Part shown: positions 18,901-28,232 of the stretch, piece after piece
How positions within the stretch are numbered: the stretch's first letter is position 1
How the letters are laid out: every line of letters begins with the position of its first letter
Origin: an uncultured virus (IMG/VR IMGVR_UViG_3300042560_002070)
Lineage: Duplodnaviria; Heunggongvirae; Uroviricota; Caudoviricetes
DNA: 64,000 nucleotides
Virus record (IMG/VR): IMGVR_UViG_3300042560_002070
Reading direction: 5' to 3' (one strand)
The notes under the pieces: model-generated
Seen by the model: only the letters and a program-made list of their open reading frames with translations
Told to the model about the DNA's origin: nothing
The model's database searches: none
Translations under genes and position numbers: made by a program

Positions 18901-21900
18901 ACTAGGATATCCTTGGCCTAGACTTGTTCGAGGTAATGAGAGCGTATGGGAGAAAAATCGATTTTACGTTCAAAACGCCGCATCAGATCTGAAGCTAGAA
19001 GATTACGTTAAAGGGCCTGCTAAGCCATTGCCTCGGTCGCCTAAGTCGAAAACTGAAAAGCCAGTAGTCGTTAGCGAAAAGGCGAAAGATCTAATTGATG
19101 CAGCATCGGATAAAGCAGATGAGACAGTTGTCCCTGCTGTAGATAAAGCCAAAATTGCTCGAATCGACGGCTGGGTAAGGTTCTTGGGGAATGCGACAGA
19201 ACCTAAGACGCAGCGACCTAAGTACTCGCCTAAAGAGATCGAGATCGCAAGGCAGGTTGCGTACGGCGACATAGAAAAGGCACTCATCGAGGAGCGACAA
19301 CTAAAGGCTCGAAACGCTGCGCCGAGAATTGGCGTGATGAAGTTTGTTCAGTCAGCCGTAGCGAATAAGATACTGCCTGAAGGAGCGGTACAGGAAGCTA
19401 GTCAATTCGCAAGAAATTTGATAGTCAAAGAGCAGCTATCAAAAATAAATCCCGAATCCATTAAGACTGCTGCACAAGCAGAGATGCTGGCGACAAGAGA
19501 TATATTTACAGAGCTTAGTCAAGAAGATAAGGCCCTCTTCACTGGCTCAAAAGATTTTGGCAAACAGGTCGGTGAGGCATACAGAGACATCCTGGCTAAG
19601 GGCCAGGTGTCAAAGCAAGCTAAGCCACCTAGTACTCTGGAATCCGCTGTTGCGCAATCCATCGATGACAGTCCCGCATCTGGTTCCACTACAACCCAGA
19701 TTAACCTTAATACGCTAGAAGGTTTGCCCGATGACGTAAAACCAATCATCGGAGAAATGACAAGCAAGATTGGTAAGCGCTTGTTTGATGACGTAAAGGT
19801 AGAAATGGGAGGCATGGGAAGGAGTGCGGATGTAGCGGGAAGCTATGACTTGAAAAATGTATCCATTCGGATCTATGATGCAGCAGTCAAAGCGGGTGAA
19901 ATCGATAAGACACTAATACATGAGCTTTGGCATCACTTATCGACATACCTTCCGGAGGAAGAAGTCCGTTCGATCTATAGAGAATATGAAGACATACTTG
20001 CAAATTACAAAATGAATCGGTCAGGGCCAATTCCGTATGAGCTGAGTAATGTCGACGAGTACTTTGCGTTTACACTCACGGAACTTACTAAGAAGTATGT
20101 TGGTCGCGAAAAGCCAGTGACACTTATTGGCAAGACGTGGGCTAAGATAGTTGATGTGTTTGAGTACATCTGGGATGCGATTCGCCAAACACTTGGCTAC
20201 GATCAAACTAAGGCCATCATGAAGAAGTTCCTATCCGGCAAGAAAGCAGATGCCGCTAGAGTTTCTGATCAAGCAATGGCGATCCGTATGGCTAAGAAGG
20301 TTGATCCGCGCGATCCGACTGGGATTTTTAACAGGAGTCTTAATGCGAAAGTCGAAGACATAGGACTTGGCGACATCGATTTAGAAAACGGCATACTGTA
20401 CTCCATGCTGGATGAAACTGAATCGTCTGTAAAACAAACTACAACAAAAGCGTTTAAGAAATGGTTCGGTGACTGGGAGAAAGATCCAAAGAATGCGAGT
20501 AAGGTTGTTGATGTAGATGGTAAGCCGCTGGTGGTTTATCATGGAACGACTGCACTAGAAGACTTCTCTCGTTTCAGTAATCCATACGCTGAGGACATGA
20601 GTGGTAACTTCCACATGTTCTCTGATAACCCAGAATATTCTGCCAACTTTTCAGACGGCAAAAATGGCAGGATTTTTCCAGTATATCTTGATATCCGAAA
20701 CCCACTTGACCTAACCTCTCTTCCTAGCAGGAGAGGCGATGTGAGGATTAAGCTGGAGAAACTTCTTAGACAGGCTGGCTTTGAGGATCCAGAATTACTT
20801 AAGTCGATTCCGCACGAGCGTGATTTGTTTCAGTTTATAAATCATGGCCAGATGAAAAACGGAAAAACATTCCGACAGAGATTGGCAGATGAAGCAGAGA
20901 AGCTAGGCTATGATGGGATAAAATTTAGCGATGCCTTTGGAAACCTAGAGAAAGGTGACATTAACGGCAACACTTTCGTGGTATTTGATAGCTCGAAAAT
21001 CAAGTCTGCTACTGGCAACCGTGGTACGTTCGATCCAAAGTCCGGCAACATACTTGAATCAAATGCGCCACCTGCGCCTGCGTCTCTAACTTCAGAGCAG
21101 ATTGCCGAACAGCTCTCCGGGTTTCGATCCGCCAAGATCGGCAAGGGAATTGATACTGCTGCTCAAACAGTACTTGACTCCGCACTAGGTCGATCTCTTA
21201 CTGCTCTGTTTGATCAAAGCGTTCTTGGGCAGCTATCTAAGGCTGGCCAAGAAGCAGCACGATTGGCATTCACTGGATACAGAAACGCCATCTATCGAGA
21301 GCGTATGTATATGTCCAAGTTCCTAAGGACTTGGTACGAGACTCCAAGTATTCGCGAAGATGAAATCATCCGATCTGAGCTTGCTCCTATCGATGAGTAC
21401 ATTGCACGAGCAAACGGAAACAAAAAGGAAGCTGCTATCGCACAGCTCGTTGATGCAAGAAAGATTCAAAACCAACGAGTCAATGACATTAGAAGGCTTC
21501 TTGAGGTGGGCATTCGGGATAGTGAAGGTCGCATCATACGTGAAGCAATACCTGTCTCACCGGAGCAGCTTCCCTCGTGGGTGCAGCCTCAGCAAAGGCA
21601 GCAGATTGCGGACATGATAACGTCGTTCAGATATAAAACTCTGAATATGTTGCGTGATGAAAATGCAAACGGCGTACTGACTGAGGCAATTGATGGATAC
21701 TTCCCTCGTCTGCTGTCAGAGCTTCCTGGTAGCAGCTCTATGCCGTGGAATCCAAACTACGGCAAGCTGCTTGATCCTGGTCATCCTAATCAGAAGAAGC
21801 GAACATCTTATCTGGTTGGCTATAGTGACGGGACTTCTGTCATTAACGATATTTCTGTCGACCCACAGTTCTCTGGTAAGCACACAGCCAAGAGAGTAAA

Positions 21901-24334
21901 AGAGAAACTGACTCGCAAGGAAGTTTTGCCGGAAGCAAGACTGCTGTGGCAAAAGTATGGGGAACGACTCGATCCAAGGTACGCCGAGCTTTCATTCGAT
22001 CAGTTGATGCTCGAATCTCCAGGTCTAGCGGAGAAGGTTGAAGGGCTCACAAGATCCATGATGGAGCTTGATCCTGCTCACGCGAAATTCCAGATCCCAC
22101 TTTTCTCAAACGACCTTTTTTCTGGGTTTGAGTTGCGGCTTGAACATCATCATCGATCCATAGCTCACGCCAAGGCTATCCAAAAGCTAATATCAGATCA
22201 TGCTACATCCAGAACTATGCTCGACTACGACAAGAACGGTGTCACTATCAGCAAGGTTCTTGAGAAATCTTCCTATGATGATCCAAGACCAGTCAAGTTG
22301 GTACTTGGTAACATGCCGAAGAAAACTATTCTGGAAGCTGATAAGACTTTCTGGAATACTATGGTTGCGAATCGTGCGAACCTTATCAAAAAAGCACTTC
22401 AAGAAAATAAAGACTTCGTGATTGACTTAGATGGGCAACGAGTACCTCTTAATGTGCAGCAGGGAACTGCGATATTTAAGAACATCATCACTCCAAACAA
22501 AAAGTTTAACACGACTAACTATGACCTGATGATTCAGCACAATCCAGCCGATCCATCAGATCCAAGTGCTGCACTGTTTTTTGCTGTTATCGACGATGGT
22601 ATACCACAAGAACTAAATGTCAGCATACCTAACCCTCTTAACGCTACTGAAGCACGATATCGATCGTCACTGCCTGACGATATCCTAACAGAAATGATTG
22701 TTGTCCCTGAAGATGTAGCAGAAGCTATTGGTAAGTTCGTTAAAGGGCCGAGGTCACTTGAGGAAGTTAGGCCGATGATTCGTGGCTATGACAAGCTTAC
22801 GAATATGTGGAAGATGATGCAGACGGGTATGTTGCCGTTTCTCTCCTTCCACACTCGTAACCTTGGCAGCGGTCAGGCATCTAATTTGTTTCTAGGGACA
22901 CAAATAGATCCACGGTTTTCCGAGTTTAACCTTGCCAATCCAATGACCTATATTAATCCACTGAGGTCTGTATTGGAGCCAATGCGTGATGCGCATCGCA
23001 TTGCAACCGGCCAAACCATTCCAGGTATTTCCGAGGCACCAATCTTTGCTGGCAAGAATCTTACCGACGAACAGGCTACCGAAGAGCTACGTAAGATCAT
23101 CTACGCTAATGCTATCGTAGGTGAGAAGCAAGGTATCTCTGCTGAGCAGTTGATGGATACGATTGGGACTGCTGCTACTCAGTATCCAGGTGTTGACGGT
23201 TCAAGAAGTGTCAATCCTCTGCGTGGGCAATTCTCGCCGCCGGTGCCTGAATCGACCTTCGCGCAGAGATGGTTCATGCCTTGGATGAGTAAAGGCGTTT
23301 TGGCTGACAAGGATATATTCCGACCAGGCCAGCTAGGTCGCGATCTGGGTCAGTACACCGAGTCGCTCAATAGGCTCTCGCCTTTCATTTCTATGATCCG
23401 GCGAGGCTACGATCCTCAAGCAGCGGCAGCATTAGTAAACAAGGCTCAAGTGGACTATACTATGCTGTCCAACTTCGAACGCGAGTACATGCGCCGAATG
23501 TTCCCATTTTATAGTTACACCCGAGGCGTTACGCCGTTTGTGTACGGACAGCTTATGGAGCGACCTGCTGGTGCGATGGGTCGTCAGATCATTGCGACCA
23601 CCAGAGCAGGTCAAACTGACGAGCAAGGGGTCACTCCGGACTACATCCGAGAGACAGCCAGCATTCCGCTTGGTGTGTCAGAGGATGGAACTAGGAGCTA
23701 CATCACTGGTTTCGGTATGCCGTACGAGGATCCTCTACAGTTTGCACAGATCGCACGAGGTAATGTGTCGGGCCTGCTCAGAGAGCTTGGCTCACGACTC
23801 AATCCAGTACCTAAGTCAGTCATCGAAACAGCAACAGGCCGATCACTTTATCAAGCAGGGCCGTTTGGTGGTCGTGAAATTGAAGACCTCGATCCAACGA
23901 TAGGTCGCATTAGAGCCAACATCAGTGACCTAATGACCGGCGAGAAAACAGAGCGGGCACAGCCATTCCTAAACAACCCTTGGCTGGAGTACGCTATTGC
24001 AAACTCTGGCTTGGGTCGAACGCTCAACACCATTCGTACTGCCACCGACCCTCGCAAGTACGACACGATCCCCTGGAAGCTACTGCTAAACCTCGGTACG
24101 GGTGTGCGAGTCGCAGACGTTTCGCCGTCAGCACAAGATGCCATACTCCGCGAACGATTGGCTAGAGTGATGAAAGACTTCGGCGGTAGAATGTACACTC
24201 GCCCCTACTTCCCAGATTATGCTCAAGAAAGCTGGACACCAGAGCAAGCCGCAGACGCTGCGAAGATCGAGGGCATTATGAAACTGCTAAACCAGAGAGC
24301 CACTGATAGAAAAAGAATGGAAGCGGCGCAATAA
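15941..24334 (+). CDS. Giant polyvalent virion protein with zincin metallopeptidase, ART-like and LPD-like domains
   Basis: IHELWHH...DEYFA zincin motif; FKKWFGDW...GKPLVVYHGT...GYDGI...IKSATGNRGTF ART-PolyVal-like signature; C-terminal DYTMLSNFE...FPFYSY. Confidence 0.85.
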   Translation: MDPLNVKQALRALVANTPREPAPFDEPERDPIKKLGRRIQADIVKEAPPGLLERAGSTAASGLSAVGNLLDVPGSMARDVLTWLPGGPKPANPFDQLLSPFSEKNRTTGRDLNRGYGLSGKEDTMLNFTGGMATEILTDPLTYLTFGASALTKGGRAAKALGIMDAAPEVASRALGRKVGKREARHIVTPRMLLSDPKLGKADLRLALENRMRKEFGLSEADMDRQLGGLARINLPFSDKPFSFGGKPFTWGGLTDEYGVIGAGKIRGRGRPLPSPEIEVPPPRGDEGDGWGSIPDDPTPPPKGGGSPSNLKPVDNLPPQAKPPIQPAAGTKSPKPLPKDPVTDEAKVAPTVKPKPDFDYTPKELDALRDFGYSDIEDVSYLKDTAKEHKTNPVRILAVESTVDNLVQMVDKEGYPFLKALDYIDRHVNERLDSLGLPDASLPEIDYAKKYASVIDRPVNFNDIVQYGKQQVADTAKGKQQQEAERIFKKFGSIDLDESAYYRAVLGEVPKAKKQKSLINETGVEGKAPSAVDASPEIPPVKLNEPFVHNTRVMVITEVNGVKVPFYLSTGEGGKKSVPTGKWYPFFGVGNDKWINKGSEKAINDFYGSPSLRAKAEELNNSLGPNYKISQPDLPIAFDNTKKLSGDRRYVAADVNEGFSPVSWQYAADNYKLHDDYISNAVARIEGRSADPKSAAQSGADVAPKARTYKRTSDGDYLSDDGRVSVVKTGSNKYELSIDGVAIEDYPTLAIAKRQAEIQINKPKSKTLFDEEPKQTGYQATIRNKAKRPEHGDDSGIKEKSARTIYVDERGSGLSAANMTDVEDAQIIFHPDNTVSLAWRNPKTGKLSASKSTVKVPYFTEPAVGLQPLEVWNKSDSKPDIPVESVESYKEMHLGNKITEITKDTPARFKTARGSEYTILDTDSASDLKLTNKKAKDKDKSLPSHEALFREDPELYQRWKDGEVEELSRYTNNPEHDGIYFDWVDAGLGYPWPRLVRGNESVWEKNRFYVQNAASDLKLEDYVKGPAKPLPRSPKSKTEKPVVVSEKAKDLIDAASDKADETVVPAVDKAKIARIDGWVRFLGNATEPKTQRPKYSPKEIEIARQVAYGDIEKALIEERQLKARNAAPRIGVMKFVQSAVANKILPEGAVQEASQFARNLIVKEQLSKINPESIKTAAQAEMLATRDIFTELSQEDKALFTGSKDFGKQVGEAYRDILAKGQVSKQAKPPSTLESAVAQSIDDSPASGSTTTQINLNTLEGLPDDVKPIIGEMTSKIGKRLFDDVKVEMGGMGRSADVAGSYDLKNVSIRIYDAAVKAGEIDKTLIHELWHHLSTYLPEEEVRSIYREYEDILANYKMNRSGPIPYELSNVDEYFAFTLTELTKKYVGREKPVTLIGKTWAKIVDVFEYIWDAIRQTLGYDQTKAIMKKFLSGKKADAARVSDQAMAIRMAKKVDPRDPTGIFNRSLNAKVEDIGLGDIDLENGILYSMLDETESSVKQTTTKAFKKWFGDWEKDPKNASKVVDVDGKPLVVYHGTTALEDFSRFSNPYAEDMSGNFHMFSDNPEYSANFSDGKNGRIFPVYLDIRNPLDLTSLPSRRGDVRIKLEKLLRQAGFEDPELLKSIPHERDLFQFINHGQMKNGKTFRQRLADEAEKLGYDGIKFSDAFGNLEKGDINGNTFVVFDSSKIKSATGNRGTFDPKSGNILESNAPPAPASLTSEQIAEQLSGFRSAKIGKGIDTAAQTVLDSALGRSLTALFDQSVLGQLSKAGQEAARLAFTGYRNAIYRERMYMSKFLRTWYETPSIREDEIIRSELAPIDEYIARANGNKKEAAIAQLVDARKIQNQRVNDIRRLLEVGIRDSEGRIIREAIPVSPEQLPSWVQPQQRQQIADMITSFRYKTLNMLRDENANGVLTEAIDGYFPRLLSELPGSSSMPWNPNYGKLLDPGHPNQKKRTSYLVGYSDGTSVINDISVDPQFSGKHTAKRVKEKLTRKEVLPEARLLWQKYGERLDPRYAELSFDQLMLESPGLAEKVEGLTRSMMELDPAHAKFQIPLFSNDLFSGFELRLEHHHRSIAHAKAIQKLISDHATSRTMLDYDKNGVTISKVLEKSSYDDPRPVKLVLGNMPKKTILEADKTFWNTMVANRANLIKKALQENKDFVIDLDGQRVPLNVQQGTAIFKNIITPNKKFNTTNYDLMIQHNPADPSDPSAALFFAVIDDGIPQELNVSIPNPLNATEARYRSSLPDDILTEMIVVPEDVAEAIGKFVKGPRSLEEVRPMIRGYDKLTNMWKMMQTGMLPFLSFHTRNLGSGQASNLFLGTQIDPRFSEFNLANPMTYINPLRSVLEPMRDAHRIATGQTIPGISEAPIFAGKNLTDEQATEELRKIIYANAIVGEKQGISAEQLMDTIGTAATQYPGVDGSRSVNPLRGQFSPPVPESTFAQRWFMPWMSKGVLADKDIFRPGQLGRDLGQYTESLNRLSPFISMIRRGYDPQAAAALVNKAQVDYTMLSNFEREYMRRMFPFYSYTRGVTPFVYGQLMERPAGAMGRQIIATTRAGQTDEQGVTPDYIRETASIPLGVSEDGTRSYITGFGMPYEDPLQFAQIARGNVSGLLRELGSRLNPVPKSVIETATGRSLYQAGPFGGREIEDLDPTIGRIRANISDLMTGEKTERAQPFLNNPWLEYAIANSGLGRTLNTIRTATDPRKYDTIPWKLLLNLGTGVRVADVSPSAQDAILRERLARVMKDFGGRMYTRPYFPDYAQESWTPEQAADAAKIEGIMKLLNQRATDRKRMEAAQ

Positions 24335-24372
24335 AAAAGGGGAGGTAGCCACACACAAAAGCCACCTCCCCC
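24333..24372 (-). terminator. Intrinsic terminator between convergent blocks
   Basis: GGGGAGGT...ACCTCCCC stem with A-run on + (U-run on -). Confidence 0.6.
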
Positions 24373-24402
24373 GACAGCCAACGATCTAGTGGACAACTAA
24401 CG

Positions 24403-24813
24403 CTAGATCGTTGGACCTTGAGGATCAACGATTTCTGGTTGGAAGTCAGGCTCTGGGTCTGCCTCTTCAATAATTGGCAAGCCTTCGTCCGACCATTCGA
24501 CATCAAACAATTCTTCGACCAACTTGACTTCACCGAAGCCAGGAGGTGCGAACGTGTTAATTGTATCGACCGCTTTGAAAGAAAACAACGGTCCTTCACT
24601 CTTGTTGCCACCATCATCCACGTACACAAGATGAATGCTGGCCTCTACGTCTTGCGGCACAATAAAGCTGGTCTCAGTATCATTAACATCCAGTGGGTGC
24701 TCTACCTTCTTACCATCGAAATGGACACATAAGAGCTGAGACTTTAGGTCACCAGCCTTAGGAAACTCTGGCAGCGACACCGAATAAACCAAACCGTCAC
24801 GCACATCAGCCAT
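24403..24813 (-). CDS. Hypothetical protein with FN3/Ig-like motif
   Basis: Start MADVRDG after GAGGTG; VDDGGNKS...DT motif; acidic tail. Confidence 0.65.
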   Translation of the reverse strand: MADVRDGLVYSVSLPEFPKAGDLKSQLLCVHFDGKKVEHPLDVNDTETSFIVPQDVEASIHLVYVDDGGNKSEGPLFSFKAVDTINTFAPPGFGEVKLVEELFDVEWSDEGLPIIEEADPEPDFQPEIVDPQGPTI

Positions 24814-24911
24814 AAACACCTCACCATTGAGAACAGGTAATACACTCGGAGGAACAGGTAATGTCCTGAAAAAACTCGTTAGCCAATTCAGCAGCCAGTA
24901 AAAAAGCTGTC

Positions 24912-25139
24912 TCACTTTTTTGCCTCCTGCGACTGATAATTCATGCAACGCGCCATGATCTTGTCGGCCACAGCCATCGCTACATTCATAGTGAAGCCCA
25001 CATGCTCCACCTCGTTCTGGCTGCGAGGCAGCTCAATCATCACGATCTGAGTTCCGTCGTAAGCATTCTGACCTACGATCTGTCCCAAGGTGACATTAGG
25101 TTCTTTGCTGTACACACGACAATTTTCTGGATCGCTCAT
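24912..25139 (-). CDS. Hypothetical protein
   Basis: Start MSDPEN after GGGGAAG. Confidence 0.6.
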   Translation of the reverse strand: MSDPENCRVYSKEPNVTLGQIVGQNAYDGTQIVMIELPRSQNEVEHVGFTMNVAMAVADKIMARCMNYQSQEAKK

Positions 25140-25489
25140 AATTGGCTTCCCCCTGTATTGTTCCAAACCAGAAGGTTTCTTCGAAAAGCATCACGCGCGC
25201 GCGCATCCCACGATCCTCTTCTAACTATAGTGAGGATGTATTGGTTACTGGTGTATTGATTCCAACCAGATAACCTAAGGGTAAGTTAGAAATACACCGA
25301 CTCATTGGCTTCCTAAAAAGTTGATGGAAGCTTTGTCGGTGCGCAGACATACAACTCCCCGCTACCAAGTGGTAAAACGAAGTTGTGTCTGCACAGCTAT
25401 CAAAACTACAAGTACGCTCTTATGGCGATAAAATGTGGATAGTGTGCATCGTACTGGCGCATTATACCGTACGACCTGGAAGCTGCTTC

Positions 25490-25787
25490 GACTAGAAAAA
25501 TGCCTAGCCCCCGACTCGGATCTCTTCCTTAGACCTATCCTGTGTTCTTCGTCGGCTCCCCCCAGTGAACACGATTTCGAGAGTGACGCTGAAGTGTCTC
25601 AGCTTTCGCCTACCCGTCCATCACTCAAGTCCCTCATCACAAGCCGGTCGATACCCTTTAAGGTTCTTCCTACGCCAAGCCAGATTTAGATCCGGAAGCC
25701 CCTTTAAGGGCACAATGACGTAGCTTGCTCAGGCTCCTTTTTTAGCGTGCGGATTTCCACGCCCACTGTCCTAGCCGTGGCTGCTAA
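25490..25787 (-). ncRNA. Candidate structured non-coding RNA downstream of tRNA-like element
   Basis: No minus-strand ORF; stems GCGTG/CACGC, CCGGAT/ATCTGG, GAGTGATG/CGTCACTC, GTGTTC/GAACAC, a GGC-GAAA-GCT tetraloop and two CC-TTAAAG-GG hairpins. Confidence 0.4.
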
Positions 25788-25857
25788 CCGATCGAGCAGG
25801 AATCGAACCTGCGTTACCCAAAGCAAGGAGGTTGGTCTACCACTGACCTATCGATCG
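25788..25857 (-). tRNA. tRNA-like element with aberrant anticodon arm (nominal anticodon TGC, identity undetermined)
   Basis: CGATCGA TA GGTC AGTGGTA GACC A ACCTC CTTGCTT TGGGT AAC GCAGG TTCGATT CCTGC TCGATCG G: perfect acceptor, D and T stems. Confidence 0.75.
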
Positions 25858-25878
25858 TAGTTGGTGATAACACTACGT

Positions 25879-25908
25879 AGTGTACGCACTGTTACGGGTT
25901 GTAGGCAA
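25879..25908 (-). promoter_or_regulatory. Sigma70-like promoter upstream of tRNA-like RNA
   Basis: TTGCCT-N18-TACACT on minus strand. Confidence 0.45.
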
Positions 25909-25938
25909 TTAGTTGTATTCAATAAATTCAAAAATTGT

Positions 25939-26892
25939 TCATCTTTTTTTCGCTTGTTCGATCTTGCGTATTAGATCGCGCTGGCTCCAGGGTGGACGGC
26001 AGGTGTTATTCCATTCCATTAGTAAATCAAGAGTGCTCTGTTCACTCAGTCCAAATCCGTCTAAGAGAGCCAATGCCGCAGTGTAGGTATGGGTGTGACC
26101 GAATTGTCCTGCAACGGCAGGGCCGTGTGCTATGAGCCAGTTTCGGGCTTTCTGGACAGTGTATTCAGTTACATCCTTTTTATTCCTCCGAGGAGTCATA
26201 ACTGGATCTAGTGTCTTGGGCTGCATGCGCCTTAGGAGTTTGTCCAAAGCGTCAGAGCAATCATGTATCTGGGTATGCCAGTTGATTCGCTTCGAAGTAA
26301 AAGCAAAAAACCTATTGCGACCATAGACTTCCAAGCCAGGATTCTTGCCCGTGACGTTAGGTGCGTCGATTTTTGCCTTGAGCCGAATCCCAGAAGGTAC
26401 ATCACCTATGCCATACAGTTTGATGCCAGTACCGCTTGGGCTTATTTCTACGTAACTATGGAATCGATCTAGGATCGAGCAGGCCCAAGGGGCAAGTGTC
26501 TTACCATGTACGCAGCCATCCAGGTCTATACCAAATAGTCCATTGCCGTCGCCTAAGATAAAACCTAGACCCTCGTAGCGGTTTCCTCGCTGGAGGAATC
26601 GTTGATATGCCTCGTCGTAGCCACGCCACGTCGTTGGGTTGTTGGTTTTTGCTGGCTCCTCAGTGCGGGGATCTATCGGGACTTTGATTTCAGCACCGTC
26701 TCGATGCCATATTCGCCAAACAACCCAATTCGGCAGTGCTCGCATCACGCAAGGAGGAGACTCCTGCCACACTGGTTTTAGTTCTCTTGGAGATTCGTTA
26801 GTTCTGATTGTCAGTATGTGGTGCCTGGGCTTGGTACTCACTATCGCACTCCGAGCACTGAACAATTTCGGGATGGAAAATAAGCGACTCAT
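25939..26892 (-). CDS. Primase-polymerase (AEP-type) with PriCT-like C-terminal domain; true start probably downstream of 26892
   Basis: WVVW, KVP, TNNPTTW, GLGFILG, GIDLDGC, EISPSGTG; C-terminal EWNNTCRPPWS. Confidence 0.85.
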   Translation of the reverse strand: MSRLFSIPKLFSARSAIVSTKPRHHILTIRTNESPRELKPVWQESPPCVMRALPNWVVWRIWHRDGAEIKVPIDPRTEEPAKTNNPTTWRGYDEAYQRFLQRGNRYEGLGFILGDGNGLFGIDLDGCVHGKTLAPWACSILDRFHSYVEISPSGTGIKLYGIGDVPSGIRLKAKIDAPNVTGKNPGLEVYGRNRFFAFTSKRINWHTQIHDCSDALDKLLRRMQPKTLDPVMTPRRNKKDVTEYTVQKARNWLIAHGPAVAGQFGHTHTYTAALALLDGFGLSEQSTLDLLMEWNNTCRPPWSQRDLIRKIEQAKKR

Positions 26893-27043
26893 TGAATTCT
26901 TCTGGTAGGTTGTTCTGTTGTGCTACCTGAAGCCAGAGTGCTTCTCCAGGATGGGAAACGATTGGCATTACTATGTTTCGATGACCGCAGTTTTCGCAGT
27001 CGAAGTAGCTACATGGGTGCAGCTCAATCTTTTCTTTTGCCAT
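26798..27043 (-). CDS. Small zinc-ribbon protein
   Basis: CENCG and CSECD pairs. Confidence 0.6.
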   Translation of the reverse strand: MAKEKIELHPCSYFDCENCGHRNIVMPIVSHPGEALWLQVAQQNNLPEEFNESLIFHPEIVQCSECDSEYQAQAPHTDNQN

Positions 27044-27293
27044 AAAGATTCTCTTTTCGGAGGCAGTAAATACAGGGAAATATGTAAATGCGTTTGTCGC
27101 AGCCTTTGCAGCGACGTGCGCGACTGGGATCTATCTGGCGGAAGTTGTCTATCGGTTCAGAATCTATTTGCTTGCGAGCTTTTATCTCTCGTAGTCGGCG
27201 TTCAATCTCGAAGTGATTTGGCTTCCAGGGCGGATCGTTCTGTGTTGAGGTCTCGGTGGATCGCTTCGGATTCGGTAAATCGTTTCTTGGCAT
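27024..27293 (-). CDS. Small zinc-finger protein
   Basis: CKGC and CIYC; start uncertain because of overlap. Confidence 0.5.
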   Translation of the reverse strand: MPRNDLPNPKRSTETSTQNDPPWKPNHFEIERRLREIKARKQIDSEPIDNFRQIDPSRARRCKGCDKRIYIFPCIYCLRKENLYGKRKD

Positions 27294-27594
27294 ACCTTGC
27301 CTCCAGCTTTGGTATTAGCGTATCGATAACATCCTGTAGAGAGTAGCCTGTGGCATTGAGCGCCAGCACCACGTACCAGATTACGTCACCGCACTCTTCC
27401 AGTACGTTGACTCGATCAAGTGGCTTGCCATAAAAAATATGTTTCTTCACTTGGTCGAGCAGTTCACCAGCTTCAGTAGCGATGCCGGTTGCCCCATGCA
27501 ATAGTCGTATGTTGTTGGCTGCGCGAGCTGCTTGGCTTGCATGATCGTCAGCCTCAGTCCGTAGACATTTATCTTCAAATTCTTTGATGTTCAT
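27202..27594 (-). CDS. mazG: MazG-like nucleotide pyrophosphohydrolase
   Basis: GIATEAGELLDQVKK...EECGDVIWYV all-alpha NTP-PPase motif. Confidence 0.85.
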   Translation of the reverse strand: MNIKEFEDKCLRTEADDHASQAARAANNIRLLHGATGIATEAGELLDQVKKHIFYGKPLDRVNVLEECGDVIWYVVLALNATGYSLQDVIDTLIPKLEARYAKKRFTESEAIHRDLNTERSALEAKSLRD

Positions 27595-28208
27595 TCTTGG
27601 CTCCTTGCTTCTGTTGTCCAACCAAACTTAGGATCAAACTTAGATCTACTCTCGACGGTATAGATTGTTTCTTGTCTTAGAATGCCTACAGGAAATTCAA
27701 GTTTGTTGTCGGTGAAACTCTTCTCAGTAAACACACAGTGATTATTTGGTGCGATGACCAGCGAACCATCGTTACACTCGACAAAGTAAAACTCTTTTGC
27801 TTGTGCAGGATTCTCTGAGAACCCATCACCAACTGGTGCTACTGAGAACAGGTAACGCCCACGCAGGTCGATGTCCTTCATCTTGACTCGACATACCAGT
27901 CCGCTTAGATACGAATACTCTAAGCATGTGAAATCGTAGCCGTAACAATCCCATAGCTGGCAATCGCTAGCAGTCCTGGCAGGTGATCCTGTTTCGCAGA
28001 ATGAGATCGCGTGTGGTGGTAGGTTCCGATACACGGCACCACACTCCAGAAGCACAGTGAGACCCCATGCTCGACCAGGATGTGAGACCAATCCAAACCA
28101 CACCGCAGGCACCAGAGCCCCTTTCGTGCCCGTCAAAAATTGTGGCTTGACATACACGTACTTGTGCTTTGGTATCTCCCCTATTAAATGATTCTGTTGC
28201 ATCATCAA
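27591..28208 (-). CDS. Hypothetical phage protein
   Basis: 205 aa; WFGL, GAVYRNLPPHA, QLWDC, PNN motifs. Confidence 0.75.
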   Translation of the reverse strand: MMMQQNHLIGEIPKHKYVYVKPQFLTGTKGALVPAVWFGLVSHPGRAWGLTVLLECGAVYRNLPPHAISFCETGSPARTASDCQLWDCYGYDFTCLEYSYLSGLVCRVKMKDIDLRGRYLFSVAPVGDGFSENPAQAKEFYFVECNDGSLVIAPNNHCVFTEKSFTDNKLEFPVGILRQETIYTVESRSKFDPKFGWTTEARSQE

Positions 28209-28232
28209 TTCCCCTGAAATAAGGCCGCCTGC

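Noticed and set aside
12451..24334. Tape measure protein call
   Set aside because: No periodic aromatic repeats or tail-chaperone frameshift seen; the domains fit ejected polyvalent proteins better
25788..25857. Functional tRNA-Ala(TGC)
   Set aside because: No G3:U70 pair, pyrimidine at 37, mismatched anticodon stem, short variable loop
25490..25857. tmRNA
   Set aside because: The acceptor stem closes locally within 70 nt, lacks Ala identity, and no tag reading frame was evident
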